Under the pieces are notes generated by a model. The model was given only the letters and a program-made list of their open reading frames with translations. It had not been told where the DNA came from and made no database searches. The position numbers and the translations under genes are program-made. 24,457 nucleotides of DNA from a virus (Duplodnaviria > Heunggongvirae > Uroviricota > Caudoviricetes): IMG/VR virus record IMGVR_UViG_3300035208_005614, positions 64,001 through 88,457 of that record; one strand, given 5' to 3'. Below are positions 7,968 to 15,035 of the stretch, piece by piece. Position 1 is the first letter of the stretch; the number at the start of each line of letters is the position of its first letter.

Positions 7968-8531
7968 TAGTACTTCTAGGTTTGAACTCTGTATTCCTAA
8001 TACTTCAAAATAATTTAATAATAGAGCACTATTAGCGTTATTAGATAGGTATACGCTCATTGTGTCTCCTGGAATAACAATTGTAGGAACTCCTAGTGAG
8101 AAAGTGTTGCTAAATGTGGCCTTTAATTGACCATTAATATAAAAAGAAGCTATTCCTGGTTCCCATTTGATTCTAAATACTGTGTCTACGTTACTCCAAT
8201 CTGCATCCCAGTCTATTTCCTGTGAATAGACAGTTACACCATCAGAAGATTCTGCTGTCAATACATCATCTACAACCTTAAAAGTAAGATGTGCATCTTT
8301 GTTATGTTCCATAAAACCAAATTGTTTTGCATCCCCTGCCGCTGGTGCATCTATTCCTATACTCATTGAAAGATCTCCCCTTAGAAGATCCGCAAAGTGT
8401 ATAATTTCTGAATTACCTAAACTTAGATGATTTGCAACGACAACAGGAGCGCCTGATAGGGTGCTCCATGTGTTCAAGTCATATCCCTGACGTGTGGGAT
8501 CGTAATAAAAATTGAAGGTTTGGTTGGACAT
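7965..8531 (-). CDS. ConA/LamG-like beta-sandwich protein (paralog of 7090-7944)
   Basis: About 94 of 183 aligned residues identical to the N-terminal part of the neighbour by hand alignment. Confidence 0.55.
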   Translation of the reverse strand: MSNQTFNFYYDPTRQGYDLNTWSTLSGAPVVVANHLSLGNSEIIHFADLLRGDLSMSIGIDAPAAGDAKQFGFMEHNKDAHLTFKVVDDVLTAESSDGVTVYSQEIDWDADWSNVDTVFRIKWEPGIASFYINGQLKATFSNTFSLGVPTIVIPGDTMSVYLSNNANSALLLNYFEVLGIQSSNLEVL

Positions 8532-8558
8532 GTAATATAAAATTAATTGATATACTCT

Positions 8559-8575
8559 ATATTACCATAGTCCTA
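8559..8575 (-). promoter_or_regulatory. TAGGACTRTG-N-TAnnnT promoter element
   Basis: TAGGACTATG-G-TAATAT, 27 nt before the ATG at 8531. Confidence 0.75.
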
Positions 8576-8582
8576 CGAACAT

Positions 8583-9089
8583 CTACTCTTTAGTCTCTTC
8601 TTTAACTTCTGACTTTTTAGTTGATGCGTCAGCCTTAGGAGCATCTTTCTCCTTCATATCAGCGGCTAAGCCTAGAATAATATCTTTGAGTATTTTTGGA
8701 TTTGCTTTAAGAAGTCCAGGCAACATTTTAATTGCTTCACCCTCAATAAGTCTCTTCATTGCTGGTGTAAGTTTAGTAGGTCCAGTTCTTACCTTACCTT
8801 CTGCATGACCATACTTAATTTCTTGCATGGTATGAATTGGTTCGATTTCCTGTCTTTCATCTAGGAAAGGATCTACTTCATCTTGTTTAACTTCTAAAAA
8901 GTCTGTTCCACAGCTAGGGTGTTTTCTCATCAATTCGACAACTGAGTCTTCTTTGATATCTACAACTCCTCCTTGGAATTTAACATATAATCCAGGAACT
9001 GCATGAGTACCGATTGCTCGATTTCCCTCTATTCCTGGTCTCAAAACCACCATGTAGTTTGAGTTCTTGCTAACAAATTTGGTTGACAT
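8583..9089 (-). CDS. Hypothetical protein in the head module
   Basis: ORF track, 168 aa, beta-rich N-terminus and charged tail; A/T-rich start context aacaaaaattATG. Confidence 0.7.
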   Translation of the reverse strand: MSTKFVSKNSNYMVVLRPGIEGNRAIGTHAVPGLYVKFQGGVVDIKEDSVVELMRKHPSCGTDFLEVKQDEVDPFLDERQEIEPIHTMQEIKYGHAEGKVRTGPTKLTPAMKRLIEGEAIKMLPGLLKANPKILKDIILGLAADMKEKDAPKADASTKKSEVKEETKE

Positions 9090-9120
9090 AATTTTTGTTC
9101 ATATTTTAATTAATAAACTA

Positions 9121-9184
9121 ACGTCTTTCGGTCCTAATAAGTAGCAGAGGTCATTTCTGCTACCTATAGAACCAAAAGTTCCTA
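9121..9184 (-). other. Structured intergenic element (hairpins, no U-tract)
   Basis: GTAGCAGA-aatgacc-TCTGCTAC 8-bp stem, preceded by a weaker TAGGAAC/GTTCTA stem and followed by TTATTAGGACCGAAAG. Confidence 0.5.
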
Positions 9185-9190
9185 CCTGAT

Positions 9191-9949
9191 TTATTCTCTT
9201 ACAAAAGAGACTTGTAGATAATTTGTAGCGCTATCTGTTAGAGATGTTGTATCCATAACCATAACGATATATTCTCTACCTTCAGACGCTGTCAAAGGAC
9301 ATGTGCTGAATGATAAATCTGTTGCTCCTGCTGTACCTGTAGAATCTACTGATGTTGCAGCCCAAACTAAGGTTGTTGAACCGTCGATTGGATTGTATTC
9401 ATAAATTCTAACTGCACCTGCTTCTGCAGCAGATACATTTGCGTTGTAAACAAAATCAACTAATGAAACTCTGTGTCCGTTAATAGCTTTTCTTGATACG
9501 ACATTTCTGTCATAAGCAACTCTGTAAGCTAAGAATTTAGTTGTACTTGTGTCGATAAGGGCATCGTAAACTAATTCACCTTCTACAGATGATGCTACTA
9601 AACCAGCACTAACAATGATGTTTGAAGCCGTTGTTATTGTTGATGGTAGTGCATCCATGATTCTTGCTGTAAAGCCTCCCAATGCTGCACCTGCACCTGC
9701 ATCTCCTTTACCTGCATTGATAGCAGCTGCCAAAAGAGCGAGTGTTGAAAATGTTGCGAATGTGAAAACTGTTGCACCAAAAGATGTTGTAAGTGTCATC
9801 GATGTAGCTGTAATAACAGAGATAACTGGAGCTGATGTAGAAGCACCACTATAGGTAATTCTAAGAGCTACTGGTTGATCATCTAATACTCTTGCTACTT
9901 TTGATTCTCTTAACAAATATCTTGATTTTAATCCTTCCATGCTTGCCAT
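9191..9949 (-). CDS. Putative capsid decoration/cement protein (252 aa; start re-assigned to MASMEG)
   Basis: First gene after the capsid gene, A/T/S/G-rich. The ATG at 9949 has the aaaaaaattattATG context seen at other starts, and the ORF-track extension to 10039 runs through a hairpin region. Confidence 0.55.
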   Translation of the reverse strand: MASMEGLKSRYLLRESKVARVLDDQPVALRITYSGASTSAPVISVITATSMTLTTSFGATVFTFATFSTLALLAAAINAGKGDAGAGAALGGFTARIMDALPSTITTASNIIVSAGLVASSVEGELVYDALIDTSTTKFLAYRVAYDRNVVSRKAINGHRVSLVDFVYNANVSAAEAGAVRIYEYNPIDGSTTLVWAATSVDSTGTAGATDLSFSTCPLTASEGREYIVMVMDTTSLTDSATNYLQVSFVRE

Positions 9950-9966
9950 AATAATTTTTTTTAATC

Positions 9967-10040
9967 GGTCCCTAACCTTGGACCTAATAGGGAGCGGCTC
10001 GAAACCGCCCATGCTCCTGATTTTAATTCCCAGGAGCATG
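9967..10040 (-). other. GC-rich multi-hairpin element between the capsid gene and the next gene (candidate cis-regulatory RNA)
   Basis: CATGCTCCTG-11nt-CAGGAGCATG; GGGCGG-TTTCGAG-CCGCTC; alternative stems GGTCC/GGACC and CCCTA/TAGGG. Confidence 0.55.
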
Positions 10041-10075
10041 AAGGAATCTTAAACGTAATTTTAACTTAACTTAAA

Positions 10076-11344
10076 CTAGGATGTAACACCAAGAAGCAAT
10101 GCGTGCTTAGGTGATTGTTCTCTTTGAAGTCCGCACTCAGTGATATATTGATCTACTTCTCCATCTGCATCTGGTGCTTGGATGTTAGTTTGTAGAGATG
10201 TATCTCTGTTGTTCATGAATCTGTAAGCAAAAGCGTCCATATCCATCATAAATGCGTAACCTGCGTAATCCTGTACGAACAATGGGTTGTGTACAATGTT
10301 TACTGTACCGAATGCTGTGACCCATGTTGAAATCTTCATACCATAAGTTGTCTCAACTGGTTTACATAGGATTTGTCCTCTTGCAATTTCGTTGATAGCT
10401 TGTAGCACGATACCTCCAGCGAAGATCAATTTTGTATCATTACCGTAAGTAAAACCTTCTCTCAAGAATGTGTTCATATCTGGAGCTGTCAATGGACCGC
10501 CTTGATTTTGAACATATGAATTACCTGCGCTAATAAACTCATGAACTCCTCCAGTTGATCTCCTTGGATGACCGTAAACTCCTGTGTCTGCGAACTTTTG
10601 ACCCCACCAGAATGCTCTTTCAATGTCCAAAGCGTGTTCTGTACCTTTCTTTGCTCTCTGATAAGGAAGATCTTTACCTCCGTAAAGGTTAGCTTCTTTC
10701 TCTGTATTTGAGAGTGCAATTGTGGTTTTGAAAATCTGTGTGTAGTTTGTCTGAGGTGCAGTTTGGGTTGAGTTAACATTTCTTGCGCCTGAGTTTTCCT
10801 CGTTGACGTTACCAATGATAAACAATCCATCTCCATCTTTAATAACAGCTGCAGCTGTTGAACCGAAGCCTCTAGCTGCTGCTACTATGATGTTTGTTGC
10901 GACCGTAACAGCTCCAACAGTAAAACATTCACCAGTTCTTGCATTCTTTACAACGTCTCCGAGTGTAAATATTGCAGCTGAACTTGATCCTGCTCCTGTA
11001 ACTGTAACGTTCTGGTTTGCAGCTGCAGTTACGTCAGCACCTTGTGCTCTTGCGTATCTACCTCCGTAAACATCTTCAAACCATTTGAACTCAGGGTTAC
11101 CTGTAGCTCTCTTCATCATACCTGATCCTTTCCATGCTTTTCCATCCCATACTTTTCCTACGTTTGTAAGAAGAGTTACTAGAGGGTGCTTGTTTGGTTC
11201 AAGTAAGAATATTTTGTCAACCGCATCAACGATAAGTCTTTGTTCAGTATTAGCAGTTGTGGTTGTTCTTTGGTAACCAGTTGCTGCTGTATTGATAACT
11301 TGACCTGTTTGGTGAGTTGGCTCTGTGTAATAAGGATATGCCAT
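10076..11344 (-). CDS. Major capsid protein (HK97 fold, SU10-MCP/DUF5309-like)
   Basis: FKWFED, NYTQIFKTTIALSNT, EHALDIERAFWWG, GEVDQYITECGL; follows the scaffold gene. Confidence 0.88.
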   Translation of the reverse strand: MAYPYYTEPTHQTGQVINTAATGYQRTTTTANTEQRLIVDAVDKIFLLEPNKHPLVTLLTNVGKVWDGKAWKGSGMMKRATGNPEFKWFEDVYGGRYARAQGADVTAAANQNVTVTGAGSSSAAIFTLGDVVKNARTGECFTVGAVTVATNIIVAAARGFGSTAAAVIKDGDGLFIIGNVNEENSGARNVNSTQTAPQTNYTQIFKTTIALSNTEKEANLYGGKDLPYQRAKKGTEHALDIERAFWWGQKFADTGVYGHPRRSTGGVHEFISAGNSYVQNQGGPLTAPDMNTFLREGFTYGNDTKLIFAGGIVLQAINEIARGQILCKPVETTYGMKISTWVTAFGTVNIVHNPLFVQDYAGYAFMMDMDAFAYRFMNNRDTSLQTNIQAPDADGEVDQYITECGLQREQSPKHALLLGVTS

Positions 11345-11434
11345 AATAATTTTCTAAATAACTAATAATTTCTAATAAAGTTTATAAATTTGCGTGTTAA
11401 AAACAATTTATTCTAACTTTAAATAACGCTAATT

Positions 11435-12238
11435 TTAGAAGATATTAGGATTAGATTTCGATGCTATGAGTGTATCAACAACGTTTTCATCGCCTCTAAG
11501 ATGAGTGACACTTCCTGTTGGACTTCCGCCCATATTAAGTGCTCCGTTCTTTTCAGCTTCCGCTTTGTCAATATCTGCTTGCTTTTTAGCTTCCCTTTCA
11601 GAAAGTTCTCCTTTGACTGCATAATATGCGACTGCAATGTCGGTCACATCATGTTCATCAAGCCATTTATCGATTTCTGACGCGTACGTCGAGAAATCTG
11701 GTGTTCTGGCAATGAAGTCATTAACACTTGATTCAAAAGCATTTAGTTCATCACGTTCCTTAAATTTTGCTTCAAGTTCGCTTTTGATCTCTTTTGCTTT
11801 ATCTTCAACGAGTTTACTGACATCCTCTGGTGAAGCATTTTCATAAGCTTTCTTACCTAACTCCTTCTTAACTTCTTCGTTAGCCTTACTAACGATTTGT
11901 GCATCTCCGATTGTAACCTTACCTTCCATTGCGGCCTTAGCCAAATCTCCAGTAACTTTACCATCTATGATGGCTTGCACGATTTCAGGACTCTTATCTA
12001 GTTTATCCAGTAATGGAGCGATGTCAGAAAAGAATTTTCTGAACTCACCTAACTCCTGTCCTTGTCGTCCCGCAAGACTTTCTAACTCTGCGTGTTGCTT
12101 AGGATCTATCTTAACTTCCTCTGCTACTACTTGTGTCTGCCCACCTCCAACATTATTTGGATTTGGAACACTACCTGCTATAGGGCTACCCGCGGTTGCG
12201 GACCCATCAAATGCGTTGTTTGCCATATTTTTATTCAT
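11435..12238 (-). CDS. Capsid scaffolding protein
   Basis: Acidic and helical, HAELESLAGRQGQELGEFRK, directly upstream of the capsid gene; the start may be the second ATG at 12226. Confidence 0.75.
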   Translation of the reverse strand: MNKNMANNAFDGSATAGSPIAGSVPNPNNVGGGQTQVVAEEVKIDPKQHAELESLAGRQGQELGEFRKFFSDIAPLLDKLDKSPEIVQAIIDGKVTGDLAKAAMEGKVTIGDAQIVSKANEEVKKELGKKAYENASPEDVSKLVEDKAKEIKSELEAKFKERDELNAFESSVNDFIARTPDFSTYASEIDKWLDEHDVTDIAVAYYAVKGELSEREAKKQADIDKAEAEKNGALNMGGSPTGSVTHLRGDENVVDTLIASKSNPNIF

Positions 12239-12278
12239 AATTAATTAATAAACCGACTGAGCTCAAACGATTTAACGT

Positions 12279-12437
12279 CTATTTCTTTTTATCAAATTTC
12301 TTTGATGAAAGTTTTTTTGCGATATCTAACAAGTTTATCCCTTCCTTTATTTGAGGCTCCTTCTTAAGCTTAAGAAGAGCTTCAGAAATGGATGGACTTA
12401 TTAAATTCTCGGGCGTTTTTTCCATAGTTTTATTCAT
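12279..12437 (-). CDS. Small Lys-rich protein, 52 aa (not in ORF track)
   Basis: Hand translation MNKTMEKTPENLISPSISEALLKLKKEPQIKEGINLLDIAKKLSSKKFDKKK; fills the gap, with TATAAT 9 nt upstream. Confidence 0.65.
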   Translation of the reverse strand: MNKTMEKTPENLISPSISEALLKLKKEPQIKEGINLLDIAKKLSSKKFDKKK

Positions 12438-12452
12438 AATAATAATATTATA

Positions 12453-12686
12453 CTACCTATTAACGAAATTGCCAATAGCTGTCGAAACTTTACCCCCACT
12501 TGCTTCTCCAGTACTCTCTGTACCTTCAGCTACATCAACTGCCTTTTTCTTCTTTTTAAGTTTATTGACAACTGATTTAGTTTCTTCAGTACTTCTATCT
12601 GGACCTATACTGGAATAAGGTTTCTTGCCTGTAATGTCTGATTGATCAAACATTTCTGACTTACCTTTATCTTCTTGATTTGCCAT
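12453..12686 (-). CDS. Small hypothetical protein with a poly-Lys tract (77 aa)
   Basis: ORF track; TAACATG junction with the upstream gene. Confidence 0.65.
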   Translation of the reverse strand: MANQEDKGKSEMFDQSDITGKKPYSSIGPDRSTEETKSVVNKLKKKKKAVDVAEGTESTGEASGGKVSTAIGNFVNR

Positions 12687-12687
12687 G

Positions 12688-12996
12688 TTATTTGTTTAAG
12701 TGTTTTTTAATAATGACCTTTAATTCTCCTCGTTTCTTACCTCTTTTTTCCATCTTCTCAAGATCTGTATAATAACTTGGTACTTCGTTTATATGTATCA
12801 ATGCTATTTTACCTGTCTTTACTGGATCATCATCAGTAACGTTTGTATTTAAACCTTTCTTTCTTGCTTCTTCTTTACCGTGTTCTAATTCAACTTTTAA
12901 TCCTTTTCTAAATTGTTCAAGTCCTTTACTACTCAACCTTGATCCTAGTTTATCTATGATATTTTTTGCTTCTGTTGTAGAAAAGTTCTTTTTCAT
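12688..12996 (-). CDS. Small protein resembling the DUF5661 family
   Basis: GLKVELEH...NVTDDDP..TGKIALIHINEVPSYYTDLEKME matches the recalled family pattern. Confidence 0.6.
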   Translation of the reverse strand: MKKNFSTTEAKNIIDKLGSRLSSKGLEQFRKGLKVELEHGKEEARKKGLNTNVTDDDPVKTGKIALIHINEVPSYYTDLEKMEKRGKKRGELKVIIKKHLNK

Positions 12997-13000
12997 GTTC

Positions 13001-13168
13001 TTATTTCTTTAGATTTGGATATTTTTTTGAAATTTCTTTCTCTTCCTCAGCTTCACCTTTTTTAAATGATGGAGATTCTTTTGATTCATGAGCTTTTGAC
13101 TCTTTACCTGAAAAATCTGTTGCTGATTTTATAGCTTTTTTAACTATACTTTTTTTATCTTTTGCCAT
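13001..13168 (-). CDS. Small charged protein, 55 aa (not in ORF track)
   Basis: Hand translation MAKDKKSIVKKAIKSATDFSGKESKAHESKESPSFKKGEAEEEKEISKKYPNLKK. Confidence 0.7.
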   Translation of the reverse strand: MAKDKKSIVKKAIKSATDFSGKESKAHESKESPSFKKGEAEEEKEISKKYPNLKK

Positions 13169-13289
13169 GTTGTTTTTTTAAATATTTTTTAATAATTTTC
13201 TTCTTCTCAATACCGACCTTTAAACGACCTTCCTTTGCTGATTGTGCCGTATCTGTTGGTCCAGAATAATTTGGTTGATTTGTATCCAT
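13155..13289 (-). CDS. Small basic protein, 44 aa (not in ORF track)
   Basis: Hand translation MDTNQPNYSGPTDTAQSAKEGRLKVGIEKKKIIKKYLKKQHGKR; TAATATG junction with the upstream gene. Confidence 0.65.
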   Translation of the reverse strand: MDTNQPNYSGPTDTAQSAKEGRLKVGIEKKKIIKKYLKKQHGKR

Positions 13290-13290
13290 A

Positions 13291-13539
13291 TTAGTAAGCG
13301 GGTAATTTAACTTTCTTAATTGACTTTTTAATTATTGAAATCTTTGTTACTTTAGGAATCTTAATTTTTGTCATTTTAGCAAAATTGGGAGTACTTGTAC
13401 TAGCTCCTTTAGGAACTTTTGTTTTTGACAATGAAAAAGATGAATTTTTAGGAAGTTTAATTTTACCCATGAGTTTAGAACTTATTCTTGGTAAGTCTTT
13501 TGACTGAACTTTTATTGATGTTGGGTTTGAAATTGACAT
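13291..13539 (-). CDS. Lys/Ser/Pro-rich low-complexity basic protein (histone-H1-like composition)
   Basis: ORF track, 82 aa with a single acidic residue; TAAAAATG junction. Confidence 0.7.
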   Translation of the reverse strand: MSISNPTSIKVQSKDLPRISSKLMGKIKLPKNSSFSLSKTKVPKGASTSTPNFAKMTKIKIPKVTKISIIKKSIKKVKLPAY

Positions 13540-13541
13540 TT

Positions 13542-13721
13542 TTATGCTTTGTGAAATCTACTCAATGTTTTAGCCAAAATAGCTCTTTTTTTTGTCTTAG
13601 GGTTGTCGCTTTTTGCTGCTGCATTAAGTTTACTTGCTGGAATTTTCTTTCCTGATGGAACACCTAGCATCTTATGTAGACTTCCTGGGTTTTTTATTGC
13701 GTTTTGTATCCAATTTGCCAT
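13542..13721 (-). CDS. Small basic protein, 59 aa (start re-assigned to MANWIQ)
   Basis: WIQNAIKNPGSLHKMLGVPSGKKIPASKL resembles a small protein I recall from environmental phages. The track start is GTG inside the promoter element, and the ATG at 13721 lies 9 nt after TATAAT. Confidence 0.7.
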   Translation of the reverse strand: MANWIQNAIKNPGSLHKMLGVPSGKKIPASKLNAAAKSDNPKTKKRAILAKTLSRFHKA

Positions 13722-13730
13722 ATATCTTTT

Positions 13731-13747
13731 ATTATAACACACTTCTA
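13731..13747 (-). promoter_or_regulatory. Variant of the TAGGACTRTG-N-TAnnnT promoter element
   Basis: TAGAAGTGTG-T-TATAAT, 9 nt before the ATG at 13721. Confidence 0.65.
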
Positions 13748-13753
13748 ATAAAA

Positions 13754-14113
13754 CTACACAATCCCGTACCCTCCTCCATTGTCTTCCTTCTCTTTTTCCT
13801 CCTTATACTTAGGATTCTCTTGCTTCTTTGACTCAAATTTAAGAGAAAGAACAGCATCTTGTAAATCAAGGACTCCTGTTATAACACCTTGATACTGTGA
13901 TATTTTAGAAGGTTCCTTTACAGGATCAATAACAAGGAAAGAATTTTGTATAACCGCTATTCTCTCTTGATTATATTTAAGGATTGCGAACCACATAGGT
14001 GTTCCTTCCAATTCCTTTAACAAATTATTCATCTCAGAGTTAGTCATATCTCTTATCGCATCTCTAACCTCCTTAGTAAAATAATTCTTGATTTCATTAG
14101 TATTTTTATTCAT
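13754..14113 (-). CDS. Helical head-assembly-associated protein (Bbp19-like)
   Basis: LLKELEGTPMWFAILKY...ISQYQGVITGVLDL pattern typical of the small gene between portal and scaffold. Confidence 0.45.
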   Translation of the reverse strand: MNKNTNEIKNYFTKEVRDAIRDMTNSEMNNLLKELEGTPMWFAILKYNQERIAVIQNSFLVIDPVKEPSKISQYQGVITGVLDLQDAVLSLKFESKKQENPKYKEEKEKEDNGGGYGIV

Positions 14114-14135
14114 ATTTTTATATTTAATTTAATAA

Positions 14136-14633
14136 TTATTTATCTGACGCCCAATTCTTGTTCTTTGTAAACTTTCTTTGGGCTTCTTTATAAGCGGCCG
14201 TGCTACTGAATTGGTTTCTTGTAGGCATCTTCAATGTTTCTGGAGCTTCTTTCTGCAATGTTTCTCTAAGTCTTGGTGTTGTTGGACCAGCCTCTGGAGT
14301 TGGTGTAAAAGGAATTACTTTTTTAACTGCTTTTTGTACAGATAATTTTGCTGGAGATTTTCCGAGTTCTTTTGCTTCTTTGGCAGCTCCTGCGACTCCT
14401 CCTAACAAACCTCTAACTCCTGCATTTAAATAAGAACCTGGATCTCTAAAACCTAAATTCTTTTGATCAGCGGCCATCGTTGACTTGAATGTATCTACAG
14501 CGCCTTTGGCTCCTGCACCTACAACTTTACCTGCATTTTTTATTGCTCCTGTTATTCCTGCAGCGGTATTCTTAATACCGTCCATAGGACCACCTTTACC
14601 ACATGCTTTCTTTAATATTTGTTTCTTGTTCAT
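14136..14633 (-). CDS. Basic Gly/Ala-rich protein (165 aa), possible internal virion protein
   Basis: ORF track; N-terminal KKQILKKACGKGG and internal VQKAVKKVIP. Confidence 0.7.
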   Translation of the reverse strand: MNKKQILKKACGKGGPMDGIKNTAAGITGAIKNAGKVVGAGAKGAVDTFKSTMAADQKNLGFRDPGSYLNAGVRGLLGGVAGAAKEAKELGKSPAKLSVQKAVKKVIPFTPTPEAGPTTPRLRETLQKEAPETLKMPTRNQFSSTAAYKEAQRKFTKNKNWASDK

Positions 14634-14637
14634 GCTA

Positions 14638-14865
14638 TTAATTTTTAATTTTCTTATAAGCGAGTGGAATCGACTTTCTAAACCACTCTTGTTGTTGTAT
14701 CGGATTCAATTGAGAAACTGGTTTTGGCATTGCATCTAGTTTACTAAATTTAGTTCCTATCGGTACATTTGTTGCTGGAACTTTTTTAATCTTTAGTTTT
14801 AAATCATCTAATCCAGAGGGAACTTCCTTCTTGACGGCCTTTTTTAATAATGTTTTTTTATCCAT
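14638..14865 (-). CDS. Small basic protein (75 aa)
   Basis: ORF track; KKTLLKKAVKK N-terminus; TAATATG junction. Confidence 0.7.
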   Translation of the reverse strand: MDKKTLLKKAVKKEVPSGLDDLKLKIKKVPATNVPIGTKFSKLDAMPKPVSQLNPIQQQEWFRKSIPLAYKKIKN

Positions 14866-14866
14866 A

Positions 14867-15034
14867 TTATTTTTTTCCTAAAGAATTTGTTTCCGACCTT
14901 GGGATTGCTGAAGTTGTTGGCGGTTCTCCTCTCATCTTAAGCAAATCTATTGGAGCATTTGCTTGTTTGTACGGTGAGTTCGGCATTCCTCCTTTACCCA
15001 TGCATTTCTTAATTATTTTCTTCTTCTTATTCAT
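14867..15034 (-). CDS. Small basic protein, 55 aa (not in ORF track)
   Basis: Hand translation MNKKKKIIKKCMGKGGMPNSPYKQANAPIDLLKMRGEPPTTSAIPRSETNSLGKK; TAATATG junctions at both ends. Confidence 0.72.
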   Translation of the reverse strand: MNKKKKIIKKCMGKGGMPNSPYKQANAPIDLLKMRGEPPTTSAIPRSETNSLGKK

Positions 15035-15035
15035 A

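Noticed and set aside
9949-10078. Stop read-through or frameshift fusing the capsid protein to the next gene (T7 10B-like); the capsid TAG is in frame with that gene
   Set aside because: Two in-frame TAA codons intervene (TTT AAG TTA AGT TAA AAT TAC GTT TAA) and no slippery heptamer is seen
4478-12452. Bare TATAAT 8-9 nt before the ATGs at 4469 and 12437 as further members of the promoter class
   Set aside because: Spacing fits, but there is no TAGGAC or TG extension and TATAAT is common in A/T-rich DNA; kept only as weak possibilities
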